Shown piece by piece: positions 30,440 to 40,145 of a stretch of 64,000 nt of DNA. How positions within the stretch are numbered: position 1 is the stretch's first letter; each line of letters opens with the position of its first letter. The notes beneath the pieces are model-generated. The model worked only from the letters and a program-made list of their open reading frames with translations. It was not told the origin of the DNA and made no database searches. Both the position numbers and the translations under genes were made by a program. This DNA is from Obrimoposthia wandeli (taxonomy: Eukaryota): positions 682,001 through 746,000 of the forward strand of contig CDROCS010001089.1 in assembly GCA_977020255.1 (NCBI GenBank), written 5' to 3'.

Positions 30440-31764
30440 GACAGGCATTTTTTAAATTGAGCCAAAACAACAATCGGAGTAGTCTTTTAGGCTAATATTC
30501 AATATCAGAGTGAGCATTCCTGATTAGGAGGCTCTATGACCCGCGCTCGATCTCAGCAGATTTGCTGTCAAGATACGCCTTATTACCACTGTACTTCACG
30601 CGTTGTAAGAAAAGCTTTCCTTTGTGGATTTGATAACGATACTCAAAGAGATTATGAACACCGTCGACCCTGGGTTATTGATAGATTGGCGCAGTTAGAC
30701 GCTGTTTTTTGTATTGATATTTGCGCCTATGCCATTATGTCAAACCCTTATCATCTTGTTTTATACATTAACAAACAACAAGTTGATGAATTAACTGATT
30801 TAGAAATTATTGAACGATGGCTAAAAATATATACTGGGCCAGATTATATTAAGCGCTATCTTGCAGGTGAAAAACTCTCTAAAGAGCTCCATGCTTTGAT
30901 TGCAGAAACGGTCGACAAATGGCGTTTGAGATTAGAAGATATCAGTTGGTTCATGCGTTGTCTTAATGAACACATCGCCCGAAAAGCTAATGTTGAAGAT
31001 AACTGCAAAGGCCACTTTTGGGAAAGCCGTTTCAAGAGTCAGGCTTTGTTAGATGAACAAGCGCTGCTTACTTGTATGGCGTACGTTGAGCTCAATCCTA
31101 TCCGCGCTAAGATGGCGGCCACCCCCGAAACATCTGAATTTACGTCAATAAAACAACGTATTACAGATAATAAAAAATCAAATAATGAGAGTGTACCAGC
31201 GAGGACTACGCCGATAAAAGATCGAGTACCTCTAAAAACCTTTCTGTCACAAGGCGATTATCTAAAAGACCAAATTCCTTATTACTATCAAGAGTATTTA
31301 GATTTAGTTGATTGGAGCGGCAGAGCAATCAGAGAAGATAAACGCGGTGCTATAGATGATCAGCTGCCTTCAATACTGATACGTTTAAGGATAGATGCAG
31401 AGTATTGGCACAAGGCAATGCAACCTAAAGGTGCCCATCAATTCAGTCGAGCGGTGGGTTGTAGTGATAAGTTACGAGCTTATGCAAATAAGCTAAATAT
31501 TCGTTGGATTAAAGGTATAAATTTAAGCACGAAGCTGTTTCCAACTTAAAACGGACATTGCCTCAGCTTAGTCATTCTTGAAATGCTGTTAGTATGTTTC
31601 TTATGGCGTGTAAAAACAGTTTCATTTAATTTTCAGTCAAATTAGAGAAATAATGTCTTATTGCACGTAGCTAATCATTCCCACCGATAAACATTAGGCT
31701 TAGTTTATAGTTAATATATTATAAAAATGCCTGTCCTATAACTTACTCAAAATGCCTGTCCTAT
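30436..31764 (+). mobile_element. RAYT-like Y1 transposase unit bounded by terminal inverted repeats
   Basis: ATAGGACAGGCATTTTT (30436) and AAAAATGCCTGTCCTAT (31723), with a second right copy at 31749-31764. Confidence 0.7.
30536..31549 (+). CDS. REP-associated-type tyrosine (Y1 HUH) transposase, HUH motif altered
   Basis: YYHCTSRVVRKAFLCG, YAIMSNPYHLVL (normally NHYH), ISWFMRCLNE, GHFWESRFKSQ, AYVELNPIRA. Confidence 0.88.
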   Translation: MTRARSQQICCQDTPYYHCTSRVVRKAFLCGFDNDTQRDYEHRRPWVIDRLAQLDAVFCIDICAYAIMSNPYHLVLYINKQQVDELTDLEIIERWLKIYTGPDYIKRYLAGEKLSKELHALIAETVDKWRLRLEDISWFMRCLNEHIARKANVEDNCKGHFWESRFKSQALLDEQALLTCMAYVELNPIRAKMAATPETSEFTSIKQRITDNKKSNNESVPARTTPIKDRVPLKTFLSQGDYLKDQIPYYYQEYLDLVDWSGRAIREDKRGAIDDQLPSILIRLRIDAEYWHKAMQPKGAHQFSRAVGCSDKLRAYANKLNIRWIKGINLSTKLFPT

Positions 31765-32110
31765 AATTTCCTGCTAGAGGGTCATTTCAGAATATTTATG
31801 GGTTGGTCTAAACATAAGACAGCTAACAGTAATTTGATTTTCTCAACTCCCATTAATAATACAAGTGTTTGAATTTTAGTTATCATAAACATTATAGAAC
31901 TGCTATACATTAGGTGTTAATACATGATCCGCGTTGGGTTTTGTATTATTCAATTCAACGGTGATTTTCGTAAAGAAGCTTAACGATAACCTAAGGTTGT
32001 ATATTTTTAGGTGTTTTGATTTCGCTTAAAGTAGCATCGATGAATAGCCTTTACTGCGTTTAAAAATTACTTTTTAAATATCAAACATTAATTAAATGTA
32101 GAGACTTATT

Positions 32111-32335
32111 ATGAAAAAATTAATGACTTCTTTAGCAGTGGTAGCATTGAGTATTGGAATGATTTCAGTTGCTAGTGCAGAGCCTCCTGCTGGTAAGGGT
32201 AATGCACAAGGCGGTAATAATTCTGGCCAAGGACATGACTCTGGTAATAATGGCCACGCTAATGGTAAGGGTCATCAAGATGGTAATACCGGCAATACTA
32301 ATGGCGTTGGTCATAACGAAGGACAGGATCAGTAA
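32111..32335 (+). CDS. Small secreted Gly/Asn/His-rich protein
   Basis: 74 aa; Sec signal ending VASA; mature part with GQGH, NGH, GKGH, GVGH. Confidence 0.65.
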   Translation: MKKLMTSLAVVALSIGMISVASAEPPAGKGNAQGGNNSGQGHDSGNNGHANGKGHQDGNTGNTNGVGHNEGQDQ

Positions 32336-32830
32336 ACAAGTAGATACAGCTTAAACCTCGTTTTCTAGCGAATTCGAGGTAAGTTCTTTTTAACGCAATG
32401 TTGTCGTTGTTAATTTAATTCTGTTGTCATGATCTATCATATAGCCTTGCTGTTATTAGTATTTCTGGTTTATTATTTATGCTTGTTTCACTACCTTTGA
32501 GTTAACCCCTGCTCCTAGGACTTTATAACCGTTTCAAACGTCCGTTTGATGACCAGCTCCAATCTCTTTTGAGTTTTTTAACCTATGGCTCAAACCGGCC
32601 AAAAGCAGAGCTTTTCAATTTCTCTTTGCTTGAGATCCGTACTTGTGATTAATTAAGTTTTATCGTCTAATAACCCATTAAAGCGCCTATTTTTCTAGGC
32701 TTCATTCTATTTAAAAATGTATCGGCTGTTTCCGGAGTCTAGTAATTAGTAAATATCTTGAGTACTCTGCTTTGATTACTTACATAGAATTATATACCTA
32801 CAGAAAATAAATTAAGGATACTGTCCATTC

Positions 32831-33250
32831 ATGACTCAGATGAAAAAAATTGGGCAAGTGGCAAAAGAGCTAGCAGTAAGCGTTGATACTCTTCGTTACT
32901 ACGAAAAAATACAGTTACTGGGAAACATCAAGCGAACGGAAAATGGTCTGCGCTTATTTTCCGATAGTGATGTCACTAGAATTGTTTTTATTAAAGAAGC
33001 TCAAAAAGTGGGTTTTACTTTAGAAGAAATTAGCCTGCTACTCTCTTTTAGGGAGGACCCCAAAAATGCTAAGCCGGATGTAAGATTGCTAGTTAATAAG
33101 AAATTTGAAACTATAAACCGGCGTATTGAAGAATTAACCTCTCTAAGAGACGAGTTTTCACGACTTACTACGCTTTGTTTAGAAAGTGATGGTGAATGCC
33201 CCATTTTAAACCGGTTAGAAAACCCAACAAAGACAAAAAATATGAATTAA
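32831..33250 (+). CDS. MerR-family heavy-metal regulator
   Basis: IGQVAK...DTLRYYEK, GFTLEEI, C-terminal CLESDGECPIL. Confidence 0.92.
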   Translation: MTQMKKIGQVAKELAVSVDTLRYYEKIQLLGNIKRTENGLRLFSDSDVTRIVFIKEAQKVGFTLEEISLLLSFREDPKNAKPDVRLLVNKKFETINRRIEELTSLRDEFSRLTTLCLESDGECPILNRLENPTKTKNMN

Positions 33251-33253
33251 CGC

Positions 33254-33284
33254 TTGATCCTAGAGTTAACTCTAGGTGTTTAAT
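33254..33284 (+). promoter_or_regulatory. MerR-type promoter/operator (19-bp spacer)
   Basis: TTGATC, 19 nt, TTTAAT; spacer holds the perfect palindrome CCTAGAGTTAACTCTAGG (33259-33276). Confidence 0.85.
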
Positions 33285-33332
33285 GTTGATTCTATTATAA
33301 AAGAAAGAGTTTATAGCTGCGCTATTACATTT

Positions 33333-33701
33333 ATGAATAAACGAACTTTTACTATTACATTGTTGATTTGGCTTTTTAGCCAACAACTTATTGCTGCGGT
33401 TTCAGTGATAACAGATGTTGGTATGGGTTGTGTGGAATATAGTCAAAGTATTTGCAGTAAAAGCACTAATAAAACGATGGGGCATGTTATGCCCAAGCTC
33501 AATGATAGTAATTCTTTACTGTTATCTGATCAGCCGATGGATGCGTGTGATCTCTGTATCGCCGCGTGCCAATCTACACTTATTTCCAATTCCTCTATTT
33601 CTTTTATGAAATCGGCTCCCTCTGGATTGATTGTCGAATTTATATCCCCTCCTCTAGACTCTATTTTTAGTACTACTTTCCGCCCTCCCATTTTTTCTTA
33701 G
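33333..33701 (+). CDS. CopL/DUF2946-like small Cys-rich metal-binding protein
   Basis: N-terminal hydrophobic helix, CDLCIAAC, C-terminal FRPPI; ORF-track start 33276 lies inside the promoter. Confidence 0.65.
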   Translation: MNKRTFTITLLIWLFSQQLIAAVSVITDVGMGCVEYSQSICSKSTNKTMGHVMPKLNDSNSLLLSDQPMDACDLCIAACQSTLISNSSISFMKSAPSGLIVEFISPPLDSIFSTTFRPPIFS

Positions 33702-33816
33702 CCTAGGGAAAATCCGTCTTTTTCGGCTAATAAGCCGAATGATATAGTTTTTCCTGTCTTCGATTTAGAATTTCCTACCATTTAAACAATCATATTTTCT
33801 ATTTTTAGGAATTAAT

Positions 33817-34344
33817 ATGCGTGAGCAAAATAATTTTTTAATATTTCGCCATTTCGGCTATCCAATATTGTTGGCATTCATAATTTTATCAACTTCCGTT
33901 TTACGAGTACCTATAGTACATGCTGAAGCAATCGCTAACTCGATGCTTGTTTATAAGAGTGCAACATGTGGTTGCTGTACCGGTTGGGTAAACCATATGA
34001 AAAAAGCTGGATTTAACACCATCGTTAAGAACTCTAAAGATCTTAATCCCATAAAAGACCGGTTAAATATAGCTCCGAAAAATCAAGCATGTCATACCGC
34101 TGTATTGCAGGGTTATGTATTTGAAGGGCACATCCCTGCCAATGTTATTCAAAGTTTTCTTGCGCAGAAGCCAAGTGATGTTATTGGTTTGACCGTGCCA
34201 GGTATGCCGATGGGCAGCCCCGGAATGGATAACGGAAAAGTATTTAGTCCATACAAAGTTTTTCAGCTAAACAAAGACGGTACTCGGGTTCCTTATGCAA
34301 CCATATCATTAGATAAAACCGTCTATGTAGAGCAAAAATCATGA
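33817..34344 (+). CDS. copG: DUF411 / CopG periplasmic copper protein
   Basis: YKSATCGCC, CHTA, EGHIP, PGMPMGSPGM. Confidence 0.85.
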   Translation: MREQNNFLIFRHFGYPILLAFIILSTSVLRVPIVHAEAIANSMLVYKSATCGCCTGWVNHMKKAGFNTIVKNSKDLNPIKDRLNIAPKNQACHTAVLQGYVFEGHIPANVIQSFLAQKPSDVIGLTVPGMPMGSPGMDNGKVFSPYKVFQLNKDGTRVPYATISLDKTVYVEQKS

Positions 34345-36188
34345 AAAACCAGCATCCTTTAACAATGTTAACATCACCTAAGATATCCCGAAGGCGTTTT
34401 GTGACTGGTATTGCTGCTGGTTCAGCAGTGGCAGGTTTCGGATTGCATTCAGGTTTATCTTTAGCTAATGCTTTAGGAGATAAGAGCCTAAAGCGTTCAC
34501 CACCTGAAACTTTAAGAGGGAATACATTCGACCTTAATATCGGTTATCAAACAGTGAATATGACCGGTAAAAAAAGAATAGCTACGACTGTTAATGGCTC
34601 ACTACCAGCTCCTATTTTGCGCTGGAAAGAAGGTGAAATAGTGACTCTTCGTGTTAAAAATGGCTTATCACATGATAGCTCCATTCATTGGCATGGCATG
34701 ATATTACCTTCAGATATGGACGGCGTACCTGGTTTCAGCTTTGCGGGGATCAAACCTGGCGATACCTATGAATATCAATTTCAAGTTAATCAAAGTGGGA
34801 CTTATTGGTATCACAGCCATTCCGGTTTCCAGGAACAAACAGGATTATATGGCGCTATTGTCATAGAGCCTAAAGAACCAGATCCCGTCGCATATGATCG
34901 TGACCATGTTGTTATTCTATCTGATTGGACAGATGAACAGCCTGAGGATATATATGCGAAATTAAAAAAAATGAGCCATTACTATAATCGCCGAGAAAGA
35001 ACGACAGGTGATTTATGGCGAGATGTTAAAGAAAAAGGGGTCAGTAAAACCTGGAACGATCGCGCTATGTGGAATCAAATGCGGATGAGCGAGACCGATA
35101 TATCTGATGTTACTGGAGAAACCTATACTTTCTTAATGAATGGTATGACACCAGATGATGGCTACAAAGCACTTTTTAAAAAAGGAGAGAAGGTCAGATT
35201 ACGTTTTGTAAACGCCGCCGCTATGACTATTTTCGACGTGCGCATTCCTGGTTTAAAAATGACGGTGGTTGCCAGTGATGGTCAAAATATTGAACCTGTC
35301 AGTATTGATGAATTTCGTATCGGAGTCGCTGAAACTTACGATGTTATTGTTGAACCCAATGGTGATAGTGCTTATACAATATTTGCCCAAAGTATTGATC
35401 GTACCGGCTATACACGAGGAGTATTAACATCAGATGCATCGCTTGAAGCTGATGTACCGCTGATGGACTACGCGCCAACGTTAGGCCATTCTGACATGGG
35501 GATGTCAATGCAAGGCATGGATCACAGTGGTATGGCAATGCCGGGAATGGATCATAGTGGGATGAGTAAAGATTCTGCGCCTATGGATCACAGTGCAATG
35601 GGCCATAGTATGGGAAAAAATGGTAATAATTTAGGTAAAGCCGGTCACGGTACAAATAGTGAAATTGCTCATGCAAGCACAGAATTTGGCCCTCACGTTG
35701 ATATGCGTGCAGAAATAATGCAAAACGGGATAGCAGACCCTGGTGTTGGCTTGCGCAATCATCAACAACGTTACGGGCGAAAAGTATTAACCTATGCGGA
35801 TATTCGTAATTTAACTCCTACTATTGATAAACGAGAACCGGAACGTGAAATTCAACTGCATTTAACCGGCAATATGAATCGTTATATGTGGTCAATGAAC
35901 GGTATTCGTTTTTCTGATGCAGATCCTCTAGCACTGAAATATGGCGAACGTGTACGGATTGTTTTAGTCAACGATACGATGATGACCCATCCTATTCATT
36001 TACATGGTGTATGGAGTGAGTTAGAAACCGGAGATCCTAACTACATTCCTCGTAAGCATACAATTATGGTACATCCAGGCTCAAGCGTGAGTTACTTGGT
36101 TACTGCTGATGCAATAGGAAAATGGGCTTATCACTGTCATTTGCTTTACCACATGCCTGGCATGATGCGCGAAGTGAGGATCAGCTAA
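34341..36188 (+). CDS. copA: Copper-resistance multicopper oxidase
   Basis: Tat motif SRRRFV; HWHG, WYHSH, HPIHLHG, HCHLLYH; MDHSGM repeats. Confidence 0.96.
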   Translation: MKNQHPLTMLTSPKISRRRFVTGIAAGSAVAGFGLHSGLSLANALGDKSLKRSPPETLRGNTFDLNIGYQTVNMTGKKRIATTVNGSLPAPILRWKEGEIVTLRVKNGLSHDSSIHWHGMILPSDMDGVPGFSFAGIKPGDTYEYQFQVNQSGTYWYHSHSGFQEQTGLYGAIVIEPKEPDPVAYDRDHVVILSDWTDEQPEDIYAKLKKMSHYYNRRERTTGDLWRDVKEKGVSKTWNDRAMWNQMRMSETDISDVTGETYTFLMNGMTPDDGYKALFKKGEKVRLRFVNAAAMTIFDVRIPGLKMTVVASDGQNIEPVSIDEFRIGVAETYDVIVEPNGDSAYTIFAQSIDRTGYTRGVLTSDASLEADVPLMDYAPTLGHSDMGMSMQGMDHSGMAMPGMDHSGMSKDSAPMDHSAMGHSMGKNGNNLGKAGHGTNSEIAHASTEFGPHVDMRAEIMQNGIADPGVGLRNHQQRYGRKVLTYADIRNLTPTIDKREPEREIQLHLTGNMNRYMWSMNGIRFSDADPLALKYGERVRIVLVNDTMMTHPIHLHGVWSELETGDPNYIPRKHTIMVHPGSSVSYLVTADAIGKWAYHCHLLYHMPGMMREVRIS

Positions 36189-36919
36189 TGGATAAAATAA
36201 TGAATAATTACCTCAACAAAATGTTGCTACCAGGTTTGCTAACAGTTGCATTCATGGCAAGTGGACAAAGTGCTTTTGCTGGAGCACAAGATGATCCTCT
36301 TTTATTGATGCTTAATATTGATAAATTAGAAACACGCAGTGGTGATAGAGATTCGTATGTATTAGAGGCGCAAACATGGCTCGGTTATGATTTAAATAAA
36401 GTAGTTATAAAGACTGAGGTAGAGCGTGTCAAAGGCACGAATGAAAAAGCTGAATTACAACTACTATACAACAAAGCTGTGACGCCTTTTTGGAATCTGC
36501 AATTAGGGTTACGACACGATATTGATCCACAACCTGAACGCAATTGGGCTGTAATCGGCTTTCAGGGTGTATCACCCTATAATTTTGATATTGATACTGC
36601 ATTGTTTCTCGGCAACTCTGGACGTAGTGAATTTCGCTTTGAAGCTGAGTATGAACAAATGATCACACAGCGTTTAGCTCTTATTCCTGAGTTAGAACTG
36701 AATTTTGCAGGAAAAACTGATCTAGCAACAGGAACAGGATCTGGTCTCGTTAATTCAGAGCTTAGTTTGCGCTTAGCCTATGAAGTTAAACGTGAATTCT
36801 CACCTTATATTGGAGTAACTTGGGAAGCAAAGCACGGAAAAACCAAAAGGTTAGCAAAACAAGAAAACGAGAGTACAAGCGACACAAAATTTGTAGTAGG
36901 TGTTCAAGCTTGGTTCTAA
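36188..36919 (+). CDS. copB: Copper-resistance outer-membrane protein B
   Basis: WLGYD, PFWNLQLGLRHD, GFQG, LRLAYEVKREFSPYIG, C-terminal WF. Confidence 0.93.
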   Translation: MDKIMNNYLNKMLLPGLLTVAFMASGQSAFAGAQDDPLLLMLNIDKLETRSGDRDSYVLEAQTWLGYDLNKVVIKTEVERVKGTNEKAELQLLYNKAVTPFWNLQLGLRHDIDPQPERNWAVIGFQGVSPYNFDIDTALFLGNSGRSEFRFEAEYEQMITQRLALIPELELNFAGKTDLATGTGSGLVNSELSLRLAYEVKREFSPYIGVTWEAKHGKTKRLAKQENESTSDTKFVVGVQAWF

Positions 36920-36967
36920 CCAAACATTTCAAATAACTGATACGTTTAATAACAACAGGAAGAAATA

Positions 36968-37258
36968 ATGAAACGATTAACACAGCAATTATTAACAACA
37001 GCCTTAACCATTACTCTTTTATTTGCACATACTGCTTATGCTCATGATGCTTCAAAACATAAAAAAAAGAACGCAGAAAAGCCTAAATGTGAATCGATGA
37101 ATAATATCGATCATTCAAAAATGGATATGAATGACCCGATCATGCAAGCCATGATGAAGCAATGCATGGGTGATAATGAGCAACATACGATGAATAAAGA
37201 CGCTGAGAACCATGAAGAAATGAAGGATGAGAATGACGAAGAGATAAATTCTAATTAA
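36968..37258 (+). CDS. Small periplasmic His/Met-rich protein
   Basis: Signal ending AYA-H; IDHSKMDMNDPIMQAMMKQCM. Confidence 0.7.
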   Translation: MKRLTQQLLTTALTITLLFAHTAYAHDASKHKKKNAEKPKCESMNNIDHSKMDMNDPIMQAMMKQCMGDNEQHTMNKDAENHEEMKDENDEEINSN

Positions 37259-37419
37259 TTGGTTAATCACGAATAATTCTAGGAAGCAGGTAACAATAGT
37301 AAATAACCGCTCTTGTTACCTCTGTTTTTCAGTATTAAAAAAATACACCGTATCTACGACAATTGATGCAAAATAATTATTCAAAAATAATAATTGATTA
37401 TTTAGATAAGGAGTTAATC

Positions 37420-37959
37420 ATGATTTACATTAAGTACCTCTCCATTAGTTTACTAGTGGCTATTTTAGTCGCTCTTAGCTTTATATATTCAGGTTTTTAC
37501 CCTATAGGGGCTGATAATAAACACAATGGGTTCACATTTTGGGTATTAGAAACATTAAGAACCAAATCTATAGCACGTGCCTCAAAAGATATCGAAGTAC
37601 CCTCATTAGACAACCCGCAACTGTTGTTAGCCGGTGGAGCTGATTATAACGACATGTGTTCTGGATGCCATTTAAAACCAGGTGAAAAAGACAGTGATAT
37701 GTCATTAGGTCTATACCCTTCGCCGCCTAACTTAACCGTGACTGCAAAAGAACACGGACATGAAGAGGGCAGCCATGATGATTCAGATAGTATTTCAAAG
37801 CAACAGTTTTGGGTAATCAAACACGGCATCATGGCTTCGGGCATGGCGGCTTTTGGCCCTACCCATGACGATGATCGTATCTGGGCAATGGTTGCCTTTT
37901 TGAATAAATTGCCAGAGCTTACGCCCGAACAATATCAAATCATAACGGCAAGGCAGTAA
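37420..37959 (+). CDS. Membrane-anchored c-type cytochrome
   Basis: CSGCH, WVIKHGIMASGM, IWAMVAFL; ATG 37420 after AAGGAG. Confidence 0.88.
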   Translation: MIYIKYLSISLLVAILVALSFIYSGFYPIGADNKHNGFTFWVLETLRTKSIARASKDIEVPSLDNPQLLLAGGADYNDMCSGCHLKPGEKDSDMSLGLYPSPPNLTVTAKEHGHEEGSHDDSDSISKQQFWVIKHGIMASGMAAFGPTHDDDRIWAMVAFLNKLPELTPEQYQIITARQ

Positions 37960-38255
37960 TAACGGGTGTAATTAGTAGTTTAGACCAAGGAAGGTTTTTA
38001 CTATTTTAATACTTATGAAGAACACTAATATTCTTTAATAAACTATTGGTGAACAGGTGTTTATTTGATTGTCGATTTACTGAATATAATAAAAAATTCA
38101 GATATTTGATCTATAGAAAGGAAGAAATATTTTCTATGCAAAGTGAAGCAGGGTATCAACCTGACTCAATATAACACTTAAAATTATTAGGCAAACGATG
38201 AAGAAGAAATATAAATTGATACCGCTACCCTCCTTTTGTTATACAGTTATTATTT

Positions 38256-39404
38256 ATGTTTGACTTTCATTCTTGGAGCAGCGATTTAACAGCTTTCTTT
38301 TTTGAGCATGATCACGTTTGGCTGCACTTTATTATTCATTTTATTTTAGTCGTAACACCAGTTACTTTGATATGTATTTTAACAAAAGTTATTTATTCAA
38401 CAATTTTTAACTATATTAAAGTCAAAGCTTTAGATAAATTCAATCAAGTTTCTCAAAATAGAGTACCTTTCAGATTAAATCTGTTTATTAAAAAATATAC
38501 CTTACAACACCAGTTTAAATTATCATTAATGGCTCTGCTTACTATACCTATTACTTATGCAATATTAGAACTACCTAAACTTATTATTAATAATGCAATT
38601 AATAGCGATAATTATACTATTAACGATACTATTCTTGAATTAACTCAGGTTAACTATCTATTACTGTTATGTAGCTTTTATTTACTAGCACTGGCATTGA
38701 ATGGAATCTTAAAGTTTGTATTAAATTGGTATAAAGGTAGTGTATCAGAAGGACTGGTTAAGCGCTTACGGCTAATTATATTTAGTCAACAACGGAAGGA
38801 ATCTAAACAAAATAGCGTAATGAACTTATCACCAATATTACTACAAGAAGTCGAACCCATATGTTTCTTTGCAGGAGACTCAATTGTGGTGCCTTTACTC
38901 CAAGGAGGAACTGCGTTTACTATTATCATGTTTATGATGATACAAAATGTTGTTTTAGGCGCTGCTGTTATGGCGTTATTACCTGTACAGTTAATTGTGA
39001 TACCTATTTTCCAAAGAAAAATAAATATACTAGTTAAGCAAAGACTTATAGAAGTTAGGTCGTTGAACTCGATGATTAGCATTGAGGAAATTATGGGAGC
39101 TAACTTAGGACATAAAATAATACGAATGTCATTTCATCGCTTGTATGTATTAAGAATGAAACTGTTTAAAACGAAATATTTAATGAAATCAATCAACAAT
39201 TTTATTATGAATTTGACTCCATTCTTTTTTTACACCATTGGAGGATATTTAGTGATCGAGAACCAATTATCACTTGGAGCTTTGGTTGCATCATTAGCTT
39301 CTTATAAGGACTTGGCATCGACTATAAGAGAATTGTTTAATTATTATCAAGTCTTACAAGATGCTAGGACTAGATATAATGAATTAATAAAAATTATATA
39401 CTAG
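38256..39404 (+). CDS. Stand-alone ABC exporter transmembrane domain (no NBD)
   Basis: LELPKLIINNAI, LIVIPIFQRKIN, PFFFYTIGGYLVI, LSLGALVA; stops right after the TMD, no Walker A. Confidence 0.8.
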   Translation: MFDFHSWSSDLTAFFFEHDHVWLHFIIHFILVVTPVTLICILTKVIYSTIFNYIKVKALDKFNQVSQNRVPFRLNLFIKKYTLQHQFKLSLMALLTIPITYAILELPKLIINNAINSDNYTINDTILELTQVNYLLLLCSFYLLALALNGILKFVLNWYKGSVSEGLVKRLRLIIFSQQRKESKQNSVMNLSPILLQEVEPICFFAGDSIVVPLLQGGTAFTIIMFMMIQNVVLGAAVMALLPVQLIVIPIFQRKINILVKQRLIEVRSLNSMISIEEIMGANLGHKIIRMSFHRLYVLRMKLFKTKYLMKSINNFIMNLTPFFFYTIGGYLVIENQLSLGALVASLASYKDLASTIRELFNYYQVLQDARTRYNELIKIIY

Positions 39405-39517
39405 TTATTATTAATATGGAGCTTGGAAATAGAATAATTGGAATTTAATAAACTAATAGCTAGATTTAATATAAAATTTATTAAACTAGTTTAAATCCCT
39501 ACTTTAGGAAATTTAAT

Positions 39518-39961
39518 ATGTTTAACTTTAAAATAAGACAGTTGATACAAGGCACAATATTAATATCTAGTGCTTTCATTTTACAAGCTTGTTCGAGCGG
39601 AACTGATGTAAAGAATAAAGACCCCGAAACAAAACGCTGGTACACAACAACACAAGTTGCTCAAGGAGAAGACATATTTTTAAAAAACTGTGTTAGCTGT
39701 CATGGAAGAAAAGCGCAAGCGACTGAAAACTGGAGAGTAGCTGATAAAAACGGTGTTTATCCACCGCCACCTTTAAATGGTACTGCTCATACCTGGCATC
39801 ACCCTATAAACATGCTAAAAGATACTATAGCAAATGGTACTTCTAGGGGCATGCCTGCATGGAAAAACACACTTACCGATGAGGAAATCGAAGCGACTTT
39901 AGCTTGGATTGAAAGTCATTGGCCTGATAAAATATATGATGCTTGGGTAAAACGCCATTAA
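39518..39961 (+). CDS. c-type cytochrome lipoprotein
   Basis: Lipobox LQAC, CVSCH, PPPLNGTAHTWHH, GMPAW. Confidence 0.9.
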   Translation: MFNFKIRQLIQGTILISSAFILQACSSGTDVKNKDPETKRWYTTTQVAQGEDIFLKNCVSCHGRKAQATENWRVADKNGVYPPPPLNGTAHTWHHPINMLKDTIANGTSRGMPAWKNTLTDEEIEATLAWIESHWPDKIYDAWVKRH

Positions 39962-39973
39962 CTTAAAGTTTCG

Positions 39974-40086
39974 TTGATTTGCGGTTTTCTAGCATAGTAA
40001 ATTGGACTTTTTCAGCTGAATAACACTTGCCGTTAACGTAAAATCAGTGAGTTAAAGAACAACAAAAATTAAACAGGACAGCAATG
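39974..40086 (-). mobile_element. Partial, reverse-oriented copy of the IS4-type MITE
   Basis: Aligns by eye to the reverse complement of 45575-45690; ends AAACAGGACAGCAATG; other IR missing. Confidence 0.75.
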
Positions 40087-40145
40087 TTTTGAAACCGACA
40101 GTTGTGTATCCAACTCTCGCCTCTTAATTGTTTTGGAAAGCGCTT

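Noticed and set aside
33276-33332. ORF-track GTG start for the CopL-like gene
   Set aside because: Falls within the MerR operator and -10 element; ATG 33333 preferred.
39965-39979. 15-bp match AAAGTTTCGTTGATT to the IS6 left-end region
   Set aside because: Lacks the terminal GGTTGTGTCGC; AT-rich and partly explained by the MITE sequence.
23526-40086. Whole copper island as one MITE-bounded transposon
   Set aside because: The flank after 40086 (TTTTGAAAC) matches no 9-bp flank of the left-hand ends.
39960-40145. LexA box upstream of the qnr-like gene
   Set aside because: No CTG-N10-CAG found.
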